In this document: positions 18,311-25,557 of the stretch, piece by piece
Layout of the letters: the number at the start of each line of letters is the position of its first letter
Numbering within the stretch: the first letter of the stretch is position 1
Assembly (NCBI GenBank): GCA_030431775.1
Contig: JAUIHW010000009.1
Coordinates: 46,525 to 110,524, forward strand
Source of the DNA: Gammaproteobacteria bacterium
GTDB taxonomy: Bacteria; Pseudomonadota; Gammaproteobacteria; Pseudomonadales; JAUIET01
DNA length: 64,000 nt
Reading direction: 5' to 3'
Made by a program: the position numbers and the translations under genes
The notes under the pieces: model-generated
Seen by the model: only the letters and a program-made list of their open reading frames with translations
Database searches by the model: none
What the model was told of the DNA's origin: nothing

Positions 18311-18544
18311 TTAACAGAGAATTTTGTACAAATTTTCATCGATCTCAATAAGTGCCTGTTGTTGTCGTCTGAGCACCCTGGACAGTTCTGATAGTTGCTC
18401 ACGTTGTCCACCTTTGTACGCGTTCTGTGAGACAGTCTTCTTGCCCTGCTCAGTCTTGGGCCCGGTGCTGGACAGCCATGGCTTCCATTGCTGAATCGCC
18501 TCTCGCTGCCTCTCCCGGCGCTCCAAAGTCCAACCGTTCGCCAT
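18311..18544 (-). CDS. hypothetical island-core protein (NGWT..ERR..W.PW..STGPKT..GK...NA.KGG pattern)
   Basis: The pattern resembles small conserved proteins of integrative elements. I chose the ATG at 18544. Confidence 0.45.
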   Translation of the reverse strand: MANGWTLERRERQREAIQQWKPWLSSTGPKTEQGKKTVSQNAYKGGQREQLSELSRVLRRQQQALIEIDENLYKILC

Positions 18545-19055
18545 GTTGTTCCTCCAAAACTTTGTTTTGCTCATTTTCGATATCTTTCACGCGCGCGTCT
18601 TGCCCCCCGTTGTTTACCTGCTGATGTCCCCGGGCCACATTCTGTTGCCGCACAAACGTGGCGCCACGTGGATTTTTAATGTCCGAGATCGTCTGCAGAG
18701 TGGTTCGGCATTGGTTCTGCGCTCTCAAAGCAGTTTTCATAAACAACTCGAGTTGATAACCCGACACACCTTGGGCAGTTGCTCTCTGTACCAGTTTATT
18801 GAACAACGCGTCGAGCGTATGTGCCTGACAGATCAGCATCGCTTCCGCGTTGTTCATATCATTATTGTTGACGGCCTCTACTTGCTCGCGTAGCACTTCC
18901 GTTAGCCCCTCGACAAACAGAGATTTATTCTTATGAACCGCTGTCAATGTATGGTTGGCTTGAACGGCCGCGTCTACTTGGGCACGCGCTGCTAAGCCGG
19001 GCCATTCGAAGTTCTCTGGGACTTCAATATCCTCTAGCTCATCATCATCCGTCAT
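18450..19055 (-). CDS. hypothetical island-core protein
   Basis: 201 aa. Acidic N-terminus, helical centre, tail EEQHGERLDFG. Its stop region overlaps the next gene by about 95 nt. Confidence 0.5.
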   Translation of the reverse strand: MTDDDELEDIEVPENFEWPGLAARAQVDAAVQANHTLTAVHKNKSLFVEGLTEVLREQVEAVNNNDMNNAEAMLICQAHTLDALFNKLVQRATAQGVSGYQLELFMKTALRAQNQCRTTLQTISDIKNPRGATFVRQQNVARGHQQVNNGGQDARVKDIENEQNKVLEEQHGERLDFGAPGEAARGDSAMEAMAVQHRAQD

Positions 19056-19927
19056 CCTATCGATCCTAGTTCTTGTAATACGCCTTGGCGCAAATCCTGT
19101 TCTGCTTCCAATACCGTTTGATAGGTCGGCCAGTCGATACGAGCGGTGATCGCCTCCTCAACCAGCTGTAAAAGAATGTCCGGTGGTAACGCCTCACACT
19201 GAACGGTAGCGTCATCATCGAAGCGGCGCCGGTCTGTTTTCTTCGGGGGTGCGGTTGGCAGGTCGAATTGTTCCCGCTGCTCAGGTGTTACAGCCAATCG
19301 AGTAAACTCAACCTGGCCATCAAACCCCACCGTAAATGCCGCGATGTCTTCATGCAGTGAGCTGAACATGTGCACCCCCGATGGGTCGTAATCTCCCAGA
19401 TGCAACACCTCACAGTGGCCCAGGCTCGCCAGCTCTCTTGCGATCCTTTGCTTGGTCGTCAGTGAGTCAAAGCCACCACTAGAGACCACTGGGACACCGT
19501 ATTCCAGGCAAACGCTCTCCAACATAGGTTGCATGCCACGGGCTTCACACCACGCCATCAAGCGCTTGTGCTGACCTGCTTGCCTATCCATTCGCACGGA
19601 CTGAGCATGGCGCTGGTATCGGGTCAGCACATCGTCAACATCGGTGAAACAGTCCAATTCTGACTCATAGAAACCATCGTCACGAATGTGTTCCATTTGG
19701 ATCAGCTTGGCGCGTCTCGCGAGATTGGTGACATCACACAGTCGCTTGTAGCCTTTCTCGGTCTTCTCGATCTCCTGTTTCACGACTAGTCGGTAAAATA
19801 TTTGCCGCAACGTCAACGGGAGTTGTTGTCGGTACTCTGCCAACACCGCGCTGATAGCCGCCACCATATCCCTGGTCTTTGGTTGCGGGTTCCAATCGGT
19901 TATAAATCCGCGTGGCCTTGTGCTCAT
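19052..19927 (-). CDS. Spo11/topoisomerase VI-A-like (Mini-A-type) winged-helix + Toprim protein
   Basis: LTLRQIFYRLV matches the catalytic-Tyr context of Spo11/TopoVI-A (..RDIFY..). HLGDYDPSGVHMF is a Toprim DxD motif. No B subunit is nearby. Confidence 0.55.
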   Translation of the reverse strand: MSTRPRGFITDWNPQPKTRDMVAAISAVLAEYRQQLPLTLRQIFYRLVVKQEIEKTEKGYKRLCDVTNLARRAKLIQMEHIRDDGFYESELDCFTDVDDVLTRYQRHAQSVRMDRQAGQHKRLMAWCEARGMQPMLESVCLEYGVPVVSSGGFDSLTTKQRIARELASLGHCEVLHLGDYDPSGVHMFSSLHEDIAAFTVGFDGQVEFTRLAVTPEQREQFDLPTAPPKKTDRRRFDDDATVQCEALPPDILLQLVEEAITARIDWPTYQTVLEAEQDLRQGVLQELGSIG

Positions 19928-19975
19928 CTCTCGCTACTCAATTTATCATCAGGGTATGGTTATATATAAGACTCA

Positions 19976-20101
19976 CCAATATGGAATTACAAAAAGGGCG
20001 AAAATCGCGAGTTACTACCCCTATATGGAATAGGTAGAGCCAAAATCAGTGATTTGTAATTCCATATTGGGATAGGTAAGCCAATACCTATTCCTATATG
20101 G
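19976..20101. repeat. iteron-like repeat cluster / candidate island origin
   Basis: Perfect 18-bp inverted repeat CCAATATGGAATTACAAA (19976-19993) / TTTGTAATTCCATATTGG (20053-20070). Four ATATGG-type motifs and three ATAGGTA motifs, with an AT-rich tract just upstream. Confidence 0.55.
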
Positions 20102-20128
20102 TCATGGAAAAATCGAAATGTAAACTGG

Positions 20129-20557
20129 TTACGCTGCATTTGTTATCACTCGAAGCTTGGGTTTGACCGGTTTCTCGGGTGGTTTGCACCACAAGTTCAA
20201 TGGGGTTGAACTGGGCTTGACGCCGACATCGTATTCAATATTGGTCTCATCGATTCCATGCCACGTGACCGCCACCAAAGTAGGTTTTCCTCTCTGTTTC
20301 CAGCCCTGGCGTGTAACGACGATGAAACCTTTTTTCAGCAAGCCTGCCTTAGCTCTCCAAAGCGATGTGCTGGACCAACCATGTTTTTCAAGGAGAGTGA
20401 TAGTTGGTGACAATGTTCCGTTATTGCGGCCGTTGAACTGGTATAGAAGATCGACCAGCAGTTTCACTTCTGGGCCAGTGAGCGTAGCATACTGCTCGGT
20501 GCGAATAACACTGAATGGTATGCCGGCGAATCGAGCTTTTGATTTTCGCGGCATCAC
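20129..20557 (-). CDS. winged-helix DNA-binding protein (replication-initiator-like)
   Basis: 142 aa. The pattern IPFSVIRTEQYATLTGPEVKLLVDLL...GWSSTSLWRAKAGLLKKGFIV is typical of wHTH proteins in integrative elements. Adjacent to the iterons. Confidence 0.45.
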   Translation of the reverse strand: MMPRKSKARFAGIPFSVIRTEQYATLTGPEVKLLVDLLYQFNGRNNGTLSPTITLLEKHGWSSTSLWRAKAGLLKKGFIVVTRQGWKQRGKPTLVAVTWHGIDETNIEYDVGVKPSSTPLNLWCKPPEKPVKPKLRVITNAA

Positions 20558-20859
20558 GCAACCCTGCGAAGTGCTCGCTCAAGCTCATGCAAGTACTGCC
20601 TGCTACCGTCCTCGCGTTCACATTGGTAAACTCTTTGAAGAATGCCGACATCAGGCTCATAGCACGCGCAAATAAGCTTCGGAGGTTTCAGCCGTCCGCT
20701 GTAGTGGCTTTGCCGTAGGACGCCGTGAAGGCCAGCACAGATGCGACGGGAGCCGTTTTCATATTCAGCCAAAACCTTATGCAGCTTGTGCAGTGAGCGA
20801 CTCGACCATGCTGATGCTGATCTGAGAGGCTTTTTGATTTTGCGAGTAAAATTGCCCAT
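20554..20859 (-). CDS. hypothetical protein
   Basis: ORF with a 4-nt overlap to the downstream gene. No motif recognised. Confidence 0.4.
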   Translation of the reverse strand: MGNFTRKIKKPLRSASAWSSRSLHKLHKVLAEYENGSRRICAGLHGVLRQSHYSGRLKPPKLICACYEPDVGILQRVYQCEREDGSRQYLHELERALRRVA

Positions 20860-20933
20860 GCAAATGTTCTCCGATATTTGTGAATTGATAAAACGGCATC
20901 TTCAGCTTTGGTGCGCGGGATGCCGTTTTTCGT

Positions 20934-21242
20934 TCAGGCGGCCTTTTTCTCTGCCCACTTACCTTTGGTTAGGACATACTGCGCGCATCTGTGCTTGTTC
21001 CGCTGCGCGTCTTCATCTACCGTCCAAAGCAGCTGGATGTTAAAACCAAAATTGTGGCGTAGTTCGTGCACCCTGGCGGCTGGCATCATGACATCCAGTC
21101 GTTCGCGCGCCTGGATTGTAGTCACACCTTTTCCTCCTGCTTCGCGCAGTGCTTTTAATAATCTTTGGCGCTGGGCTTGGGTTGAAGTAGGATAGAGCCG
21201 CGATTGAGAGCCGCCTTCCGGGGCGTTTTTTTCGTTTTTCAT
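20934..21242 (-). CDS. helix-turn-helix (HTH_39-like) protein
   Basis: TTIQARERLDVMMPAARVHELRHNFGFNI is typical of this HTH family. I chose the ATG at 21242, just after the alpA stop. Confidence 0.5.
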   Translation of the reverse strand: MKNEKNAPEGGSQSRLYPTSTQAQRQRLLKALREAGGKGVTTIQARERLDVMMPAARVHELRHNFGFNIQLLWTVDEDAQRNKHRCAQYVLTKGKWAEKKAA

Positions 21243-21252
21243 CAGTGCCTCC

Positions 21253-21447
21253 TCATGCAGCTTCGCTAGCAGATTTGGCAATGCGTTCGGATATCCATTG
21301 ATCAACAGCGCGCTCATCCCATCCGCTGGCATGCCGGGTCAACTTGATCTGCCTGGGGAATTTACCCTCTGATATCAAGCGATATATAAGACTTTGGCTT
21401 AGGCCGGTGCGAGATTTGACATCGCGCATGCGTAGTATCTTCTTCAT
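21253..21447 (-). CDS. alpA: AlpA-family transcriptional regulator / excisionase-like
   Basis: 64 aa. ILRMRDVKSRTGLSQSLIYRLISEGKFP is the classic AlpA/MerR-like HTH. Confidence 0.8.
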   Translation of the reverse strand: MKKILRMRDVKSRTGLSQSLIYRLISEGKFPRQIKLTRHASGWDERAVDQWISERIAKSASEAA

Positions 21448-21556
21448 GTTCCATCCTGCTTGTGTATTGCCATAGCCGGAATGCTGTGGCCCGCAGGATC
21501 TAAATATATAGAGGTGTGGAGTGCTTTATCACTAGGTCACCCATGGGGTGTCTTAG

Positions 21557-22330
21557 TCAGAGGTAATTTGAATTGTATTCATTCGCATCGTAGTCGATCA
21601 GCGCTGCATTGAGGCTGTCTTCCACTTCTTGCTTAGTTTCCGGATCAGCAATAAAGTGAGTAGCTTCAATTTCCTCTGAAATAAGCCATGCGTTTTCTTT
21701 ATCGATAAGATTCTTGGTACTTCTCGAGCGCGTTGGCGTAAAGGTAGAACAAAACTCCAATACACCTTTGGCGGCAGCCAATAACTCATTACGGTATTCA
21801 TTTAGAATGCCTACGACGGCTTCGGGACGAAGGTCAGTCTCTGCCGCCAACGAAGGCGGCATCAACCTTAGAGCAGCCCATATATGAGATACAGAACGAT
21901 ATGAATTAAGACATTCACGAATTTTAGGTTTGCTTGTGTTTAGTTTTTTGCCGTCAGGGTGACTTCTACCCTCGGCAAATTTCTTGCTCACATGTAAGGC
22001 TTTATTTAGACTTGGTTCATGGAACCCTATCTGGTTCATCAGGTACATTAAAGCAATTAGATCACCGGCAATTACAGCTTTTTGCACATTCTTGATGGCA
22101 GTTTCCTTCATGCGCTCTATCGGCGGTGCATTGATTAAGAAGTGAAGGTCATTCTTACTAATTGCATACTTCTCTTCTTCTTTTAACGCGTACTGAACGA
22201 AGTCAGCACAGTGCAGCTCAAACCACTGTTCTCTTTCTTGGGCTTTCTCAGGGAAGGCCATGATTGATAGTAAACGTAAAGTATCAGTCGCATCTCCATC
22301 AAGTACAATGCAACGAGTCTCTTTCGCCAT
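21557..22330 (-). CDS. hypothetical helical protein (partner of the CHAT-like gene)
   Basis: 257 aa. No motif recognised. Co-oriented, 116 nt downstream of the CHAT-like gene. Confidence 0.5.
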   Translation of the reverse strand: MAKETRCIVLDGDATDTLRLLSIMAFPEKAQEREQWFELHCADFVQYALKEEEKYAISKNDLHFLINAPPIERMKETAIKNVQKAVIAGDLIALMYLMNQIGFHEPSLNKALHVSKKFAEGRSHPDGKKLNTSKPKIRECLNSYRSVSHIWAALRLMPPSLAAETDLRPEAVVGILNEYRNELLAAAKGVLEFCSTFTPTRSRSTKNLIDKENAWLISEEIEATHFIADPETKQEVEDSLNAALIDYDANEYNSNYL

Positions 22331-22446
22331 AAATGCACCCCTGCATACCCAAGAAGGAACCAGGCCAGGGCAGTGGGTAGCTGCCTTTTCGCGCCGTCGC
22401 GCTAGGCCTGGGGCTTATAGTTTAGCGCCAAATATAGGTTAGTCAT

Positions 22447-23310
22447 TCATCCGCTGATACTAATCTTCAGCACTTCATCCTCAGCCTTTTCGTATGTAAC
22501 ATTGAATACTTCCTGATTCTCTGGGTATATGTCATACATAAAAAAGGTGTCGCGCGCCTTTTCAAAGGTTTTGAGGTTGGTGTCAAGAATTTGCTGCTGA
22601 ATATTCTCCAAACTATCTGGTTCAATATCTAGGTTGGTTCTTGATATCTGTATATCGCGAGCTCTTGACTCTAGCCTTTCAGGAGAGCACTGAATTAGCC
22701 GATAGTTTGCCCAAACGTTGTAGAAAAATATCTCAGCGGTTGTGGCGAAATAGGAGCTTTTTTTAACGTTAGCATTGAGAGCCTCAATGGGGGACAGTTT
22801 CCTGGTCTCGTCAAAAAATGCATCGTAAAAAGCTTTAAATCCGTCTAGTACTGCACCGACATCAATGCTACCTGTTGGGCCAATTAGGCCCCATACTGGC
22901 GCTGGGTCGCCAAGTCGAATTGAGTTAGCAAAGCTACCTCCATAACAGGAAGCAAACATCACCATTAGATTCAATCCGGAAGACACGTTTAATGGTGTTA
23001 GCAGTTCTTTCAATTGCGTCCAGGAGCAAAACTCCTGTTGTGCAATGATGAGACCTTTTTCGTCTGCGGTTCCGTGTGCCTCAAAATGTAGAGAAGGTAG
23101 AAATTCTGAAGATTTCGTTCGCTCATCTAATGCAGATAGCGTATGAATTAAGTCTTCATTGGTTTCTATTCTGAAGATTTCGACTTCGAGCAACTCCGAG
23201 CGATAAGTAGCGATGTCGGTTAGTGCTTGCAAGAGGTTTCTTGAGCTGTAACGCTGGTCTTCGGGGAGACAGTCAAGAATCACTATAGTATTGAACTTTC
23301 CAGTAGCCAT
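22447..23310 (-). CDS. caspase/CHAT-like (clan CD-like) putative protease
   Basis: LHFEAHG (His79-Gly80) and MVMFASCYGG (Cys122), spaced 43 aa apart, each following predicted beta strands as in the caspase-haemoglobinase fold. About 120-aa helical C-terminal extension. Confidence 0.45.
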   Translation of the reverse strand: MATGKFNTIVILDCLPEDQRYSSRNLLQALTDIATYRSELLEVEIFRIETNEDLIHTLSALDERTKSSEFLPSLHFEAHGTADEKGLIIAQQEFCSWTQLKELLTPLNVSSGLNLMVMFASCYGGSFANSIRLGDPAPVWGLIGPTGSIDVGAVLDGFKAFYDAFFDETRKLSPIEALNANVKKSSYFATTAEIFFYNVWANYRLIQCSPERLESRARDIQISRTNLDIEPDSLENIQQQILDTNLKTFEKARDTFFMYDIYPENQEVFNVTYEKAEDEVLKISISG

Positions 23311-23322
23311 TTTTGCGCCTAC

Positions 23323-24561
23323 CTATAAACTAATCTCACCCTTAGGTTCTAGTATGATGACATTATCTGACTTGGCCAATCCCCGTAGATTGTCCAAGTA
23401 ATCAGCCCATTTCTGCATCATCTCTATTCGTTCAGGCAGATGCTTAGTCCGGTTATATGCACGCCCAAGAGGGTCTCGAACATCGTGTGCCAGCTGGTGT
23501 TCAATAATGTGAGGCGGGAACCCGAGCTGCTCATCAAGCAGAGTTCTGGCCATTGCTCTGAAACCATGGGCTGTCATTTCTTCCTTAGCGATCCCCATTC
23601 GACGCAGAGCTGCATTTAGTGCGTTCTCGCTCATCGCACGTTTTTTGGATCGTTCGCTAGGGAACACATATTGCCAGCGGCCAGAGAGCTCATGTTGATC
23701 CTGCAGAATTTCAATTGCTTGATTGGATAACGGCACAATGTGCGCCTGCTTCATCTTCATTTTCTCGGCCGGCAGTCGCCATTGTCGCTCTTCGAAATCG
23801 ACTTCCGACCACTCCATATACCGAAGTTCACCAGGTCGTACAAAGACCAACGGAGCAAGCAGCAGCGCGTTTCTCACGGTCGCTGTGCCGGAATAGCCAT
23901 CGATCATCGTCAATAGCTTACCTACGTCAGCAGGCTCTGTAATGGCCGCATAGTGGACGGTCTGAGGCGTTTGCAGCGCCCCCTTAAGGTCAGCACTTGG
24001 GTCACGTTCACAACGGCCGGTGGCGACGGCGTACCTGAATATCTGGCCCGCTACCTGTTTTACACGCCTGGTCGTCTCCAGGGCGCCGCGGCTTTCAGTC
24101 TTGCGGAGTGCAGCCAATAGGGTAGGGGGCGTAATCTCGCTGATTGGATGTCGGCCTATGTACGGGAAGAGGTTTTTCTCAAGGAGCCAATACTGTTTCT
24201 TCGCATGGGCAGGCGACCAACTATCCTGCTCTTTGGCGAGCCACTCTCGGCCTATCGCCTCAAAGCTATTCTCTGCCGCATCCTTTCTGGCATCTCGCAT
24301 TGATCGTTTTAGAGTCGATGGGTCGACGTTGTTTCGGATCAGCTTCCTGGCTTCGTCGCGCTCGTCTCTGGCTTCCCTGAGACTGATCTCTGGGTACACA
24401 CCGAGAGCAAGGGTCTTCTGTTTATCACCCCAACGATAGTTCATTCGCCAGTACTTGCCCCCGTTCTTCTTAACCAGCAAGTACAGCGACTTCTCATCGC
24501 TGGCTTTGTAGTCTTTATCTTTGGGTTTGAAATTCTCGATCTGCTTAACAGTAAGTGCCAT
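23323..24561 (-). CDS. int: P4/CP4-57-type tyrosine integrase
   Basis: N-terminal ALTVKQIENFKPKDKDYKASD...YWRMNYRWGDKQKTLALGVYPEISLREAR (DUF4102-type arm-binding domain). C-terminal AHGFRAMARTLL ... HQLAH ... YNR catalytic region. ATG at 24561. Confidence 0.9.
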   Translation of the reverse strand: MALTVKQIENFKPKDKDYKASDEKSLYLLVKKNGGKYWRMNYRWGDKQKTLALGVYPEISLREARDERDEARKLIRNNVDPSTLKRSMRDARKDAAENSFEAIGREWLAKEQDSWSPAHAKKQYWLLEKNLFPYIGRHPISEITPPTLLAALRKTESRGALETTRRVKQVAGQIFRYAVATGRCERDPSADLKGALQTPQTVHYAAITEPADVGKLLTMIDGYSGTATVRNALLLAPLVFVRPGELRYMEWSEVDFEERQWRLPAEKMKMKQAHIVPLSNQAIEILQDQHELSGRWQYVFPSERSKKRAMSENALNAALRRMGIAKEEMTAHGFRAMARTLLDEQLGFPPHIIEHQLAHDVRDPLGRAYNRTKHLPERIEMMQKWADYLDNLRGLAKSDNVIILEPKGEISL

Positions 24562-24738
24562 CGTTTTGTCCCGTTTGATGGTACATGGGTTGTGGTACCA
24601 GCAAGATACCCTCATTGGTACCATCAAATACCATGGATGTGATGGTACCGCTATGGACGGGTATGGACAATAGGGGGTGAAAAAAGCCTTAATTTACAGG
24701 GCTTTCTGGACGTCTATGGAAGTTGGTGGACTTGTTGA

Positions 24739-24814
24739 TGGTGCCCAGGGGCGGAATCGAACCACCGACACGAGGATTTTCAATCCACTGCTCTACCGAC
24801 TGAGCTACCTGGGC
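24739..24814 (-). tRNA. tRNA-Phe (anticodon GAA)
   Basis: The reverse complement reads GCCCAGGTAGCTCAGTCGGTAGAGCAGTGGATTGAAAATCCTCGTGTCGGTGGTTCGATTCCGCCCCTGGGCACCA. It has a 7-bp acceptor stem, T-loop TTCGATT and anticodon loop TTGAAAA, and is close to E. coli tRNA-Phe. Confidence 0.92.
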
Positions 24815-24881
24815 AATAGGCTTCTGGGCGAGCGCCCAAAAAAGAGCGCGTATTAAACCGTTTAGGGGGGTTTGAGTCAAG

Positions 24882-25124
24882 CTAGTCAGTGGCGGCAATC
24901 AGTGGTAATCCACCGCGGTTATGGCACTCGGCCGGGCTGGCGACAATGCGCTCGCGTGGGGCCAGGAATGTGGCTTTACCCATTTTTCGTGCCTGGCTGG
25001 GCAGTTCGCAATTGGGGCGCTGATAATGCTGGGCTGTGTCGCTGTTGCCGGTGGTGCTGCAGGCGCTTAGCGTGGCGCCAAGCAGGCTGGTGGCCAGCAC
25101 AGTGGCCAGAGTTTTGGTCTTCAT
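24882..25124 (-). CDS. small putative lipoprotein
   Basis: Signal peptide with lipobox LSAC. Confidence 0.5.
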   Translation of the reverse strand: MKTKTLATVLATSLLGATLSACSTTGNSDTAQHYQRPNCELPSQARKMGKATFLAPRERIVASPAECHNRGGLPLIAATD

Positions 25125-25242
25125 GTGCGTCAGGTCCTGTTGGGCTGTGATTGCCTTGGGCTATTGAGTAAAAAATAGCCTTTGAGCGGTTTTTAACCAG
25201 GTGATTCGGTCAGGACTGTGCGCTGGGTCGCGTTGCTTGTGT

Positions 25243-25518
25243 TCAGTCGGTCTCAGGCGGCACGTAGCCTTCGGCCTGTTCCACGGCTTCGTTGCTGAAG
25301 AATTTGTCGCGTTGTTCGCTGAGGAAGGCCCGGGTGCCGGGTTCCATCATGTTCAGGCGGCGTTCGTTCACCAACATGGTCTGGTGGGCGGTCCAGGCTT
25401 CCCAGGCTTTGGCGGAAATGCTCTCGAACAGCTCCTGGCCCTTGGGGCCAGGGAAGGGGGGCTTGTCCAGCCCCGGCAGTTCCTGTTGGTACTTTTTGCA
25501 GAATACGGTGCGGCTCAT
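25243..25518 (-). CDS. yggX: Fe(2+)-trafficking protein YggX
   Basis: [32 protein letters not shown]...AWEAW is a near-canonical YggX sequence. Confidence 0.9.
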   Translation of the reverse strand: MSRTVFCKKYQQELPGLDKPPFPGPKGQELFESISAKAWEAWTAHQTMLVNERRLNMMEPGTRAFLSEQRDKFFSNEAVEQAEGYVPPETD

Positions 25519-25557
25519 GCCGGCATTGTAGCAGAGTGCGCCGGGGTCACTGAGCTG

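Larger units (their letters stand above)
14051..24738 (-). mobile_element. tRNA-Phe-associated genomic island (P4-type integrase, AlpA, replication-like module, cargo)
   Basis: The integrase gene abuts the 3' end of tRNA-Phe. An imperfect copy of the tRNA 3' end lies at 14051-14063. Base composition is visibly AT-richer than the flanks. All 16 predicted genes are on the minus strand. Confidence 0.75.

Noticed and set aside
20157-20675. 172-aa plus-strand ORF in the island core; also 15778-16035 and 17370-17642 plus-strand ORFs.
   Set aside because: They are antisense to better-supported, co-oriented minus-strand genes with recognisable motifs. There is no ribosome-binding context and no motifs.
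24689-24898. 69-aa minus-strand ORF spanning the tRNA-Phe.
   Set aside because: It overlaps a well-formed tRNA gene, so the ORF is an artefact.
25158-25180. Hairpin GGCTATT-N7/8-AATAGCC between yggX and the small lipoprotein gene.
   Set aside because: The stem is AT-rich and 7 bp, and there is no T-tract on the transcribed (minus) strand. Evidence for a terminator is insufficient.
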